A stretch of 64,000 bases of DNA from Octopus sinensis (GCF_006345805.1 NC_042999.1:79980001-80044000), one strand, 5' to 3'; positions 1 to 13,451 are shown, counted from the stretch's first letter. A program made the numbers and translations. Notes: generated from the sequence alone by a model not told the origin.

Positions 1-471
1 TCTAGAATTCCTAGGAAAATTCTTAGCTACAGCTTCACGGAATTGTAAAGGGAGGTTAGACCTGATTTGTTTCCCGAAAGGAATCACAAACCAGATATAG
101 TTTTTTTGTTCTTGGAATGGCTCAGAGTGTTAACATTTACATTAAAGGGCGTATTTCTGTGTAGTAGAATGGGTTTTGGTTTACGATGGCCTCCCCTGGT
201 CCGCAAATTATTTTTGTTAAATATATTATTGTCGACGTTGCTAGAGCTGAAATCACTAATTATGTTATTTATATTATTATTAGTAGTTATCTTATCTTGA
301 TGGGTAAATATTAGTTTAGGATGGGCCGGATCGATATATGATACCTTATCCCTATAACCGGCCTTTGACAAGGCGGCGTTATAAAATTCCGCTTTTTGTT
401 TAAAAATGTCGACATTTGCAGATAAATTTGATAGTCTTAAGGATATATTTTTAACCAAATTATCGGTGATA
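1..471 (-). mobile_element. Penelope-like element fragment (RT thumb / linker upstream of GIY-YIG), runs off window start
   Basis: ORF 84..503(-) NLVKNISLRLSNLSANVDIFKQKAEFYNAALSKAGY...RKPKPILLHRNTPFNVNV, continuing in a shifted frame as EAVAKNFPRNSR; resembles the PLE pattern ISRRLSxLSSNxxxFxxAxxxYxxALxxSGY...RxRxIIWFNPPF. Confidence 0.75.
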
Positions 472-571
472 GTTCCTTGCTTTTCCTGATGAGAAATCTG
501 CATAATGTACTCCTTATTCCTTCCGAATTAGGAATACGCAGCCTTCGAAACATATGTCGAAAATAAAGGAA
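472..571 (+). ncRNA. Type I hammerhead ribozyme motif in an inverted PLE pseudo-LTR
   Basis: Stem I TTTTC(481-485)/GAAAA(559-563), extendable; CTGATGA 486-492; long stem II; GAAA 547-550; palindromic stem III ACATATGT; GUC site 556-558. Confidence 0.75.
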
Positions 572-658
572 ATTTGTTAACAAGTCGTTCAACTCTATTC
601 TTTCATAAACTTATATTTTTATATATATATATATATATATATACAAAGCAAATTTATT

Positions 659-1684
659 TTAATATGGGGTAGGACCCCCTGTGGCAGTAATTACAGCTTG
701 AATTCTACGAGGTATAGACTCGTACAAAGTTTGAATTGTTTCCAAAGGAATTCTTGTCAATTCTTCAGCTAAAACAGTCTCCAGTTCTTGTAGTGATGAT
801 GGTGGAGGATATCGACTCCTTACTTGTTTTTCTAAAATGCACCATAAATGTTCAATAATATTGAGATCTGGGGACTGTAGTGGCCAGATAAAATGTTCAG
901 CTTCACTAGAATGTTCCTCGTGCCATTCAGTAACAACTGTAGCTGCGTGAATTGGTGTATTATCCTCCTGAAAGATTGCGTTTCTCTCTGGAAACAGTTC
1001 CGCAACCATAGGATGAGTGTGATTAGATTAAATGCGTAAACAGTATAGACTCTTAATTCTGCCATGAAGGGTAACTATTGGGCCGGCGGAATTCCAAGGT
1101 ATAGCCCCCCAAATCATCACAGATCCTCCTCCATGTTTAACAGTTGGAAGAAAGCAGTCTGGGTCAAATGCTTCTTTTGGCTGTCTCCACACGTATACTC
1201 GGCCGGTGGTCGGAAATAAGATAAGGATGACTCATCCGAGAAAATAACATTCTTCTACTGCTCTAGGGACCAATTCTGTAGGTTTTTACTCCACCGTAAA
1301 CGCTTTGCAACGTTTGTTTTTGAAAGTAGTGGTTTCCTGATTGCAACCCTCCCTCTGGCTTTGTGCAGCTACCGACGAACGGTTTTTGTGGAAACTGAGT
1401 TCGCGAGGTGGTCATTAAGCTCTGCATATAATTTTGGGAGCTGTACTTTTGTGATCCTTTCTAACAATACGCATAAGAGTCCGACAGTCGCTATCTGCAA
1501 GTTTTGGTTTTCTTCCGGAGTTTTGTTTCGACGAGAAGATTTTTCCCTCCTTCTCAAAGGCTATCATTACTTTCGTGACAGTACTTCTTGATACATCAAA
1601 CATTTCGGTTGTCTTCGTTACGCTAGCACCTGCCATACGAGCACCAACAATTTGATCTCTTTGAAAGTCCGATAGACATGTCAT
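659..1684 (-). mobile_element. Tc1-family transposase pseudogene, DD36E spacing; TIRs not visible
   Basis: N-terminal HTH region LSDFQRDQIVGARMAGASVTKT; FSDES (D at 1234-1236); FQEDNTPIH (D 962-964); SPDLNIIEHLW (E 851-853); C-terminus GGPTPY*; frameshifts between segments. Confidence 0.92.
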
Positions 1685-1778
1685 TTTGATGAATTTTAAT
1701 TACATTTTTCTGATGATACCTAAAAGAAACAGCAATTTTAGCAAGACATATAAGCAAAAACTAATAAAAATATGTATA

Positions 1779-1813
<35 letters not shown>

Positions 1814-1849
1814 CATGTATAATGTGCGTGTTTGTGTATTCGTCTGCCG

Positions 1850-1903
<54 letters not shown>

Positions 1904-2129
1904 ATATATATCTATATATACATGTTATAGGATGTTACTGTATGAGAATATGAGAAATACTAGAAGATATTTTCGTTTAAAGTACTTCTATGTCATATGT
2001 TTGAATATTGCGACATGCGTTTTCGACAAACACAGTTATTATCCTTTCCATGTATTACGTGATGGATCTTACTGAAACGGAAGGTATTAGTATGAGGGAA
2101 AGAAGCAAAAGGAACGAATGAAGGCTACA

Positions 2130-2361
2130 ACTCATCGTGAGAGTAAGTGGGAAGATAACATTGTTATGAATTGGAAGTATTTTACGAAGTTCACAATTCA
2201 GGTGAAGTATATATATATATATATGTATATGTATGCCGGTATGTATGTGTGTATGTATGTATGTATGTTGTATATATACACACATATAAATATATATATA
2301 TATGTATATATGTATATATACATATATATAGAGATATATATTTATACATACATACATATAC

Positions 2362-2414
<53 letters not shown>

Positions 2415-2632
2415 ATATAGTGGAATAATATAAAATGAGGTTACAAAAGAAAACAGATACGGAAGCTGTTATTAAGAATGCAAGAAGCAAATGGAAGGAT
2501 AAGTGAAGAGAGAGAGACATGAGACGATGGATAAAGTGGCAAAAAATCAAAACTCATCGTGGGAATAAATGGGAAATTAACATTGTTATGTATTAGAAGT
2601 ATTTTACGAAGCTCATAATTCAAGTGAAGTAT
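2130..2632 (+). repeat. Two diverged ~80 bp direct repeats (2130-2212, ~2551-2640) separated by TA/GA microsatellites
   Basis: Shared AACTCATCGTG...AACATTGTTATG.ATT.GAAGTATTTTACGAAG.TCA.AATTCA.GTGAAGTAT. Confidence 0.6.
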
Positions 2633-2989
2633 TCTAGTTGGGTAGTTTTGTTTAAAAGTACAAAGTAGTGTACATTTTAGCTTTAGAAATAATTTATTGT
2701 TAGGCAGAATAAGGCCAAGTACATGCGTATGAGATTATAAATTTTGTTTTTGCGTGTCCTTATACGCTTGCGTGAGTGTGCGTGTGTGTATGCATGTGTA
2801 AAGTTACGTATCTTAGTGGCCAAGGTGTCAAGCAATATATAACTAGTTATGGCATATAAGTGGAAGGAATGATACCGTAGGTTTCGCAACGTCTACAGCA
2901 CTTGGTCATAGACGAATCTTCAACTATACATACATAGACACATAGATACATACATACGTATATACATACATGCATGCATATATACATGG

Positions 2990-3537
2990 GACATGATATT
3001 GTAGCTGGGACACTCTATAAGAAATTCCGTCGGAACGATAACCCTGAGGACAGAGAAATTTGAACTCACAGCATGGTAGAAGCCATAGCCACTCATAATA
3101 AAAAGAGTACTGGTGGAATGTCCCAATGAAACACAACAGTCCTGATATAATGATTTGGAATAGAGACGAGAAACCACGTAAAGTTGTGGAAATCCGCTGC
3201 TCAGCGGATGTTAACATACAGCTGAAGATCAGTAAAAAAGAGAATACCTACGCCGAATTATTGAGAAATCTGAAGTTATTCTATTCGGATTACAATTTCA
3301 GATTTATGACAGTAATTATTGGGGCACTGGAACAGATTGCCTAAACACCAGTCTTTCGAAATTAGTATTCTCAAAGCTAAAAAGACGAAAGCTGATTCGA
3401 AGACAACAGATCCAAGCCTTCACTGGAACTGTAAAAATCTGTAAAATTTTACAGAAGTTTATCATTTAATTACATATGAGCATGCCTAGATATGCAAATA
3501 TAGACATGAAAAGACATACATAAAACATACAAATCTG
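2990..3537 (+). mobile_element. RLE-type (R2 superfamily, R4/NeSL-like) LINE 3' end: endonuclease domain plus start of 3' UTR
   Basis: HDIVAGTLY...EYWWNVPMKHNSPDIMIWNRDEK...VVEIRC..D.NI..K..KKENTY..L...VIIGAL matches the PD-(D/E)xK RLE C-terminus; 3' UTR resumes at 5373. Confidence 0.8.
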
Positions 3538-5372
3538 GGTTAATATAGGGCGTAACAAATATCAGAAAATCAAAAAAAAAATGTGTGTAATAGGTGTAAA
3601 ACAACTTCCTATGAACGAATATGAAAAAAAAAATTCGCGCACGCGAAAGGGGGGTGGGGGAGAGGCCTCGGAAAATTCACATCGGGAAGTTCCGAAAGCG
3701 TCTGAGGGGCTGACCCGGGCACCAAAACAAAAAAAAAATAGTGTAATATGTGTAAAACAACTTGCTCTAAACGAATATGAAAAAAAAAATGCGCTCTCGC
3801 GAAAGAGGGGTGGGGGAGAGGCCTCGGAATATTTATATCGGGAATTTCCGAAAGCGTCTGAACCGGGCACAAAAACAAAACAGCGTAATAGGTGTAAAAC
3901 AACTTGCTCTAAACGACTATCATGAAAAAATGCGCGCTCGCGAAAGGGGGGTGGGGGAGAGGCTTCGGAAATTTCACATCTTCAGTCCACGGCCTTTAAA
4001 CTAAGAAAAAATAGTGTAATTGGTGTAAAACTACTTGTTCTAAACGAGTATCAAGAACACACACTCACACATGAATCATAAACGTGTCAGAAACATCTTG
4101 AAATACTACAGAAATTATGTTACGAAAATGATAATGTATACATACCTCTTTGAGTGGTCCATTTGATAATGATGATAAAGAAATGAGTTGGATTTGAACT
4201 CAGAATATTGACTAACACAACTACATACTACAAGACTCAAAATATTCAGCCAAGTCACCACCCTTTAACTAGCAATAATAATAACATCAATAACATAACA
4301 GCCAAAAGATTTATTTGTTCTGAAAATAACAATCATAGTAAATAAATATGTTCTTTAATATTCACATTCATGTGCACAGTTAAACACACTTACATACAAA
4401 CAGTCACGCATGCATAATACAGAACGGAACACATAAATGAAGGATGCATTACTTAGTATATATTACATCTAGAGAATTTTGATTAATAAGTCAAATATGC
4501 AAATTATAAAGATAATTAATTGCTTTACTAAACAGTGTTGTAAAGGTGAAAAAATAAATTTGGGAAAAAAATACACGCCAAAACTAATTAATAAAGGATA
4601 ATTAGGGAAGGATTGACACAAAATAATAATTTTTTCTGTCTCTTTTTTTCTGATAAATGCATCTTAATAAGTGAGAAGAATTGCATATATCTGAACTATT
4701 TCAAAGAAAAGCATAAATTTAATGTTTAAAATAGCTTTAACCAAGGAATGAGATCCAACATTTCTTCACTTTTTCCAGAATTTCTTCTCTTTATTTTTTT
4801 TTTTTTTGCGAAATATGATTTTATGATTCATGTGTGAGTGTGTGTTCTTGATACTCGTTTAGAACAAGTAGTTTACACCAATTACACTATTTTTTCTTAG
4901 TTTAAAGGCCGTGGACTGAAGATGTGAAATTTCCGAAGCCTCTCCCCCAGCCCCCCTTTCGCGAGCGCGCATTTTTTTCATGATAGTCGTTTAGAGCAAG
5001 TTGTTTTACACCTATTACGCTGTTTTTGTTTTTGTTTTTGTGCCCGGTTCAGACGCTTTCGGAAATTCCCGATATAAATATTCCGAGGCCTCTCCCCCAC
5101 CCCTCTTTCGCGAGAGCGCATTTTTTTTTTTCATATTCGTTTAGAGCAAGTTGTTTTACACATATTACACTATTTTTTTTTGTTTTGGTGCCCGGGTCAG
5201 CCCCTCAGACGCTTTCGGAACTTCCCGATGTGAATTTTCCGAGGCCTCTCCCCCACCCCCCTTTCGCGTGCGCGAATTTTTTTTTTCATATTCGTTCATA
5301 GGAAGTTGTTTTACACCTATTACACGCATTTTTTTTTTGATTTTCTGATATTTGTTACGCCCTATATTAACC
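3538..5372. mobile_element. Non-autonomous foldback DNA transposon, ~550 bp TIRs with internal tandem subrepeats
   Basis: TIRs 3538-4082 and 4820-5372 are near-perfect reverse complements; flanked by CAAATCTG at 3530-3537 and 5373-5380; AT-rich non-coding spacer. Confidence 0.9.
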
Positions 5373-5525
5373 CAAATCTGCACGTATACATACATGCATA
5401 CACACCCTGCCGTTTGTTGAAATTCCAATGAAGGAGTCTTGGGTCTAGGTTAGAAACCATTCTTTCTCTATTGGTAAGGAATCTTGAAATAAGTCTGAAT
5501 AATGACGTACAATCATACATACATA
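5373..5525 (+). mobile_element. Remainder of RLE-LINE 3' UTR, split by the foldback insertion
   Basis: TCCAATGAAGGA.TCTTG..TCTAGGTTAGAAACC matches the reverse complement of 34330-34440. Confidence 0.7.
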
Positions 5526-5698
5526 CGCACACACACATAAATATAGAATAGTGGTACAACAAAGCTCCAATATTTATTGGAAATAGCAGTCGATAATATA
5601 CGTCGCTAGAGTAAAGCTTCACTGTATAAATATACTGGTAAAAATGTTTGCAGGCGGCGAACATAAAAAAAAAATCATCTTACCATCAAAAACAATCA

Positions 5699-5869
5699 GG
5701 CGCAGGAGTGGCTGTGTGGTAAATAGCTTGCTAACCAACCACATGGTTCCGGGTTCAGTCCCACTGCGTGGGATCTTGGGCAAGTGTCTTCTGCTATAGC
5801 CCCGGGCCGACCAATGCCTTGTGAGTGGATTCGGTTGACGGAAACTGAAAGAAGCCTGTCGTATATATG

Positions 5870-5902
<33 letters not shown>

Positions 5903-6128
5903 GTGTGTGTTTGTGTGTCTGTGTTTGTCCCCCTAGCATTGCTTGACAACCGATGCTGTGTGTGTGTGTTTACGTCCCCGTCACTTAGCGGTTCGGCAAA
6001 AGAGACCGATAGAATAAGTACTAGGCTTACAAAGAATAAGTCCTGGGGTCGATTTGCTCGACTAAAGGCGGTGCTCCAGCATGGCCCCAGTCAAATGACT
6101 GAAACAAGTAAAAGAGTAAAAAGAGAGT
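5699..6128 (+). mobile_element. tRNA-derived SINE, family A, full length
   Basis: Head GGCGCAGGAGTGGCTGTGTGGT...GGTTCAGTCCC; central TA/TG microsatellite; tail GAAACAAGTAAAAGAG; several copies in window; resembles described octopus SINEs (OK/OR1/OR2, assignment unverified). Confidence 0.88.
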
Positions 6129-7134
6129 TACCTGTAAGAAGAACATTAAATAAATATACAACCCAGATGTGGATAATCTAGAATCTAGGTTTCGATCTTT
6201 CCAAATTTTATTAGTTCTCATCGGCTAGATTCACCTAGTAAAAAATTCAAATATTTCTTCATATATGCCAGTATTTACTCGTGTGAACGCCTAGCCGTTA
6301 ACAGACTGAGAACAGTGAAAATATTTTCAAAGAAAAAATTATTAAATTCTGCAATACATCATAACAATAACAATATACTCCGATTTAAATCGACATATAA
6401 AGAATTGACTAAAAATTATGAACTAACCCAGGATGGAACCCACAAATCAACGCTTACACGGCTCTTTGGGCATCCAGTTGAGCCAAACGGTCACCTGTCA
6501 AATTCAGCCAAATTTTATGAATAGAAACTTTAAGTGTCCAATATGATATTTGTAAACAATCCAGATGGCTATGTACGTTACAGAGAGCGAATATGGAAGC
6601 CTATTGGTACAATAATAGCTATTAATAATATATCATAATAATAATATGTATACTCTGATTTAAAGCGGCATTTATATATAAACAATTGACTGAAAAATGG
6701 TGAGCTAACCCAGGCCAGAATCGAACCCACAAGTCAACGTTTACATGGCTCCTTTAAGTCGGTGTATATATTATTATTACTATTTTGAGATATTATTATA
6801 TAGTTATTATTGTACTAATTGACTTCCATAGTCGCTCTATCTCCGTAACTTACAAAGTCTCTGATTTGTTTACAAATATTTTGTGTGTGTGCGTGCGTGC
6901 GCGTGTGTGTGTGTGTGTGCGTGCGAGTGTGTGTGTATTCATATATGGTCTACGCCCAGCTTCCCAGATTCTCTAGCGTCTAGACGTAGATATTAGCCCG
7001 CTGAACGCATCGCAGGTTCGTTGCAAGATTGTTCATTTTCGCCAGGCTAGTAGACTGGAGCAATACAACACATCGCATCACCCGTGGGAATCGAATCGCA
7101 CACGTACATATCTATGTATATAACCATATGCATT

Positions 7135-7181
<47 letters not shown>

Positions 7182-7194
7182 ACTTAGATACCAG

Positions 7195-7649
7195 ATAACT
7201 GAGATTGGTTTCGGCCATTATCGGCTCAGGCCATGACTTACTCAATAGCACAACCTAGAAAAGTCTTTTAGTTAATTATTTTGGGACACCATGGACCACT
7301 CAAGCAGAGAGTTGTTAGTTGAAACGTATCCAGGTGTAGGTGGTTTATCCGGTATTTCTTATAGGAATTTGTCCAGGTACCGTTTGAAAGTTGGGGTGGG
7401 GGTGGGGGTATTTTTCTACCTTAATTTCTTTCGGGATAACATTGAAAAGAGCAGGACCATTTATAGTGAAGACAGTGTATCGCAATGTTCTTATGTGATG
7501 TAATCTCGACCGTTGTAGGGGACGCATTGCACGGGGATCTAGTCTTGGGTGAATTGTAAACATAATAATGACATCATTTGGATAATATTGCTGGAATATT
7601 TTCCACAAGGTGCAAATAATGTATCGCTCACGGCAGCGTTGCATGTATA

Positions 7650-7650
<1 letters not shown>
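7195..7650 (-). mobile_element. CR1-type LINE 3' fragment
   Basis: QRCRERYIICTLWKIFQQYYPNDV...HPRLDPRAMRP aligns with 41600-41973; 3' end ATAATGGCCGAAACC is shared with 42025-42039. Confidence 0.85.
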
Positions 7651-7698
<48 letters not shown>

Positions 7699-10252
7699 TG
7701 TGTGTGGTGTGTATTTGTGTGTGTATCAAGAGAAAGACAGACAGACATCAGAGAAACGTAATCATTTCATAGCATCGTTCGTGAACATGCAATCATAAAA
7801 AATTATCCAATACAGAAAGAATTAAATTTTATTAGTCGCCGATGGTTTCTAAATCTTTATTCTGAGATTTCTCTTTAAAATGCTTTGACGATAGTTAAGA
7901 ATGAATCATAAGACTGATCCTTGAAGGAGATTTCATTTAAAATTTGATGTGGTACATTTATTGCCGCAAAAGATCGTATAGTTAACCATATAGCAGTTAC
8001 ACTCAAAGAAAAGGAATAAATATGGATATAATTGAAATGAATAGTGGGGACGATTAATGATAGAATTGGGTATAAAAGCAAAAAAAAAAAAGAAAGAAAA
8101 CGAAAACAAAGGATAGAAGAACCGAAGGGAATATGTGTGTTGAAAGAATATAGATGAAAAACATGAATAAGTATGAATGAAGTATGAATAAGTATGAATG
8201 AAAGAATGCTCACATCTACGAATGTGACGATAAAATTGTATGAAGCAAAACAGAGAGAAAAGTGATTTATATAATGAGGGTCTAATGAAAGCTGGCAAGA
8301 CCAGACAGAAATGGAATTATTATTTAAAGTACATATTCTCTAAAAATTAACTGAAAATATTTTACTCATCTTCCTATTAATTTTGGGAGTAAAAATAATT
8401 CTAGAAATTGTTATAATGAAACATTTATTTTAGACTTTTGATACTTAATGCTCTGAGACTGTCTCTATGTTTTAAAGGGATTTTATATAAAAAAAATTTA
8501 CGTCAATTTAAATCCCAAACACCAGCCTAATCATGACAAAGTTACTTTACTGAATTCTGAATGATTTTAAAAATTAATTACAACGAAATTAAAAATGCAG
8601 TGCATTTCAAGATAAATATAGTTATAAAAACTTTGACCAAAGAATTTCTAAATATAATAATTCACTTTCAGTTCCCACCAATCCGTATGTGTGACAAGTT
8701 CTTTATCCGAAGAAAAGTTGAAGTACCTACTCTTACTGTAAAACTTTTGCTTTTTGAGTCATTTAATGCAAGAAAAAAAAAGATTTAAAAGACATGATGA
8801 AGTATGCCCAATAGGTTCTGCACGTCTTCCTATTCGTAATTCCATTCCACAGCACAAATTACTTTTTGAATGCATTTGTTCCTCGTACATTTAGACGTCA
8901 GCATTGTATCTAAATAGTACAGTAAATTCACTTAAAACAAATCCAAGTTATGCTTTTACTAGCATACGCATTCATTCAAGCATCGAACGAAACGGTATTT
9001 GAGAAGTTTCACAAACAACGTCTGGCTTTTCTAAGAATCTAAGCCGACTGCATTTGTAATAAAAGGAAGCATGTTACAGCGCACGGGGTCATACAACCAT
9101 GATAGTTATCGTTAAAATTTGTGTTCAGCGCTGATTTTAAGCAAAATCCTATTCATTTTATTATAAAATGAAACCCCCAAATTATTAAACTCCTATAGGT
9201 ACTGTTTTAAAAATTTATTTTCTAATTGCCTTCCCTCCAACATTTATTTTCTCTTCAATTATGAATTCCTTGCATTTTTGTCCGGCAACAGGATTTTCTG
9301 TAGATACCTCGAAACCAATCTCTTCAGTAACATTTCGTAAGCCAAAGCTTTTGCATAGTTTATTGTTTTTTCATTTTTAAAAATCTTATTTATTTATTTA
9401 TTTATTTGAGGACATCTTTTGAGTTCATATCCTTCTACGACTTCGGTAATTCTAAATTCTACCGATGCTTTTCAAATATACATCATTTTCTAAGAAATCA
9501 TTTATTTTTCCAACATGCTTGCAACTTTTTAATTTTATTTGTATTCACTTTGTACTTCCTCTTGCTTTGTGTATTTTGCATTCATATATTTAAACATTGT
9601 CTTTTATTCACGCTTATTTAGACATGGTTTTGAATTTCATTTTCAGTATATACATGTCCCCATTCGCATTCCATCACTCTTTCCTTCCTCTACTGCCTTT
9701 TTCTTTACTCTCCAACTGAAAGATCCCATCCTTCTTTTCGCTTCCAATCATGAGTTATTAATTTCTAGTTCTATATTTTATATCAAATATAACTATTATA
9801 ATACTTTTGCTTTCATTGTATGCTGTCAAACCCTTGTCTAGATATTTTAAAAATCTGTCTTGTTTCATTTTTTTAATATAGGTCAAAGGTCAGAATTGAG
9901 AAACTCGGAGCAACAATTTGTAAAGACTGGCTCTCCAGTAAAATGAAATAAATACATATATTAGTGTATGTGCATACTTGTGCAAGCTTGTACATGTGTC
10001 TGGATGATAGTATACGTGTTTAGGCTCATATATAATTAACTATAATTAATTCTATCGCCATAAGCAATAGAAAAATAACACCGATACAACAATATAATTT
10101 ACATGTACAAGACAACATAGGTTAGTTGATCAACTAATCATAACATAATGCATTGGCAGTATATGAGAAAATATAATTAATCTATCCGTTTGCTTATGTA
10201 CTAGTTATAAATCTTGTCAGGGCGACATTAAAGTGTATATGCGTGCTTATTT

Positions 10253-10314
<62 letters not shown>

Positions 10315-10948
10315 CGCATCTGTAAGTGTGTGAATGTGTTTTGAAATATGCGTAACAATATATGCTTAGACGTATGCAATATATATGGATAAACATGAGT
10401 ACATATATACATACATATATATGTGTGTGTCTGTATTTATATGTGCATATATATATATACACATATAAATACTCACACATACACACACACACACATATAT
10501 ATATATACATACACACATTTACACGCTCGCGCATGCACGCACATACACACACACACACACTACTTGGTACTTACATATTGCTGTATGAGAAACACACGAG
10601 TATCAGGCAGCCTCGTGTAAGATACTCCTAATTTGATGTCTGGAATGTAAAGTCTACTGCGATTATCTTATGTTTCATTTAAGAATATTTACACAGAACA
10701 AAAGAATTTCCAACAAAAGCTACCCAGGATTTGCTCCGCTGCAACATTTCGCTTCTGTGAACTATATCTCGTTAATTTCAACACATTACACTGTACACAC
10801 GTGCACATTTACATGTATGAGTGTATGTATATATATATGTATGTGATATATATTATATGTATATATATATATATGTGTATATATATATATATATAATATA
10901 TATATATATATATAATATATTATATATATATGTATATATATATATATA

Positions 10949-10992
<44 letters not shown>

Positions 10993-11470
10993 ATGTATGT
11001 ATATACACACACACGTGTATATATACGCACGTGAACGCATGTGGTATATACTCACATACATGTATGTTTCTGTTTCTATATAATCTTATATACATTTCAT
11101 TCTCATTCACCTACTCCTTCTGAATATCTCTCTCACTCTCTCTCTCTCTCTCGCTCTCTTTCTTGCAAATCACAGTACAATCCTTTTTCCTTTCCTGCTT
11201 CTCTCTGCCTCTCTCTTTCTCTTTCTTTGTATATGTGTGTACACACACACACATATGTATATATACCTATTATATATATATACATATATATTTATATATA
11301 TGTATGTGTGTGATTGCGTGCGAATATATATATGCGTGTGTGCGTGTGTGTGTGTATTCATACATATTCACCCTCCTCTCTCATACACAAAGCTCTAGCA
11401 CGCTATCTTAAAGATAACGTCAGTGTTGCATGCGTTACTTATACATAAGATATAAATATATATATGCATG

Positions 11471-11538
<68 letters not shown>

Positions 11539-11889
11539 GCATACATATATATGTGTGTATACATGTATATATATATATATGAATATATATATACGTGTAT
11601 GTATGTATTATGTATGTATATATACATATATAAAATAAATATGAATGGCATTTAAAACAGCAGTTACGCTTTTCTTTTTCTGAATGGAATCATGAGAAAT
11701 TACATCTTAATATAAAATTCATCATCATTATGTAAAATTTCTATCACGTGAGATTTTAAACCTCAACCTAGACATAACATTAGCTGGCTACATTCGACTT
11801 TATTGTAGAATTGGAAGGTATGGTTTCAATCGAGCAAATATTAGCCATAAATATATGGAATGGGAAGTCGTATTCTGAAACAGATGTTA

Positions 11890-12216
11890 TTGTATTTCGG
11901 GATGGTCATTTTTTAATTTGACCAAGTAAACACACGTACTATATATTCGTTCTTCACTCGTGTATTTCTGTTCTTATTCAAACTCATGTCCACTGTCCGG
12001 AAATCTTTCGTCACACATCTGTGTGAAAATGGAATAAGCAGAACACAGGCAAAGACGGAAAATGTTGCTGAGGAGGTCACAGATGTGTGGCGAAAGATTT
12101 CCGGACAATGGACATGAGCTAGAATAAGTACAGTAAAAACGAATGAAGACCAAATATATAGTGCGTTTGTTTATTTGTCAACAAAAATAAAATAACTTGA
12201 CCATCCCGAAATACAA
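11890..12216. mobile_element. MITE-like inverted-repeat element, copy 1
   Basis: Termini TTGTATTTCGGGATGGTCA / TGACCATCCCGAAATACAA; ~140 bp imperfect arms; second copy at 29131-29455. Confidence 0.8.
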
Positions 12217-12224
12217 ATATATAT

Positions 12225-12261
<37 letters not shown>

Positions 12262-12358
12262 CAAAATAAGCAACAAGGATATCCTTGCTGCTTATTTTGA
12301 TTTTAATCACCTTACTTATTCTGGTGCTTCATCTGAATCTAAATCTACCCAAAGTATA

Positions 12359-12390
<32 letters not shown>

Positions 12391-13172
12391 TGTGTCTGTA
12401 TGTGTGTGTGTGTGTGTATGTGTGGTGTGTGTGTGTGTGTGTGTATGCATATATTTAATTATATGTAATATATGTATGTTTAGTGACGATTAAGTTTGTC
12501 CTCTTTGGTTTCATTTTGCGAATAGCTGCCCATGTTATTTTGTAATTTTTACATTACCATTTCGCTAACTCAGTAATAAATTTATATTGTAAATATATAT
12601 ACTGACAGTCTGGATTTAGCTACGCCATTCAGCGATGGGTTAGACACTGCTGACAAATCTCAAATTGCAAAATTACAGACGGAGCTAGTCTGTAATTTTG
12701 CTTCGCGTATGGTGCGGTTATCTCCCCCGTCAGTATATGAAAATGTGCTTCATTGCAATTCTTCCGGCTTTAACTCTTATTTTTAGCCATATTGATGCAA
12801 CACGGCAGACTCAGCCGCAACTAGTGACGACTGAAATTCTCCATTTTGACTTTGTATTCCAAATAGCTGCCTACGTTATTTTATATCTATTTGTGTGTGT
12901 ATGCATGTATGTCCTTTCTATGTTTTAATTATTGTAAATCTTCCAGTGAGGAAGGGGCCGGTTTCCAACAAAGATAAAATGGTCCATCTTTAGAATGTAA
13001 TTAACGCAGACAAATTCACACTTGGAACTTGAGAAAAGTCTCGCATATTTTGACTGTTCCACTCACAGATTGCATTTGTAATGTACGAATTAAACGGTCG
13101 ATTTCTCTTTCTGAAAATCTCAGTTCATCCAGATTCTTCTTTAAGCATTTATAAAAAAAAACTATGTACGTA

Positions 13173-13225
<53 letters not shown>

Positions 13226-13279
13226 AATACTATATATAGTTATATTATAAGTATGTATGAGCTTATGAAATATATACAT

Positions 13280-13322
<43 letters not shown>

Positions 13323-13451
13323 GTAGAAATATGTTACGAAAAGAAAATATAAAATACACGTGGAAATGTAAGGTAAAAATGAAAAATCAACGAAAAAGCA
13401 TGTTGCAAATAGAAAAAGGCTATTTATGACAGGTAACGACAAAATTATACA

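Noticed and set aside
3586-4040. CRISPR-like or satellite array
   Set aside because: Long units without unique spacers, inside a eukaryotic transposon TIR
3562-5428. Repetitive ORFs inside the foldback TIRs
   Set aside because: They arise from the tandem subrepeats; no transposase motifs
9290-9340. CTGAAGA...GAAA on the minus strand
   Set aside because: Stem III and cleavage triplet are missing; chance match in AT-rich DNA
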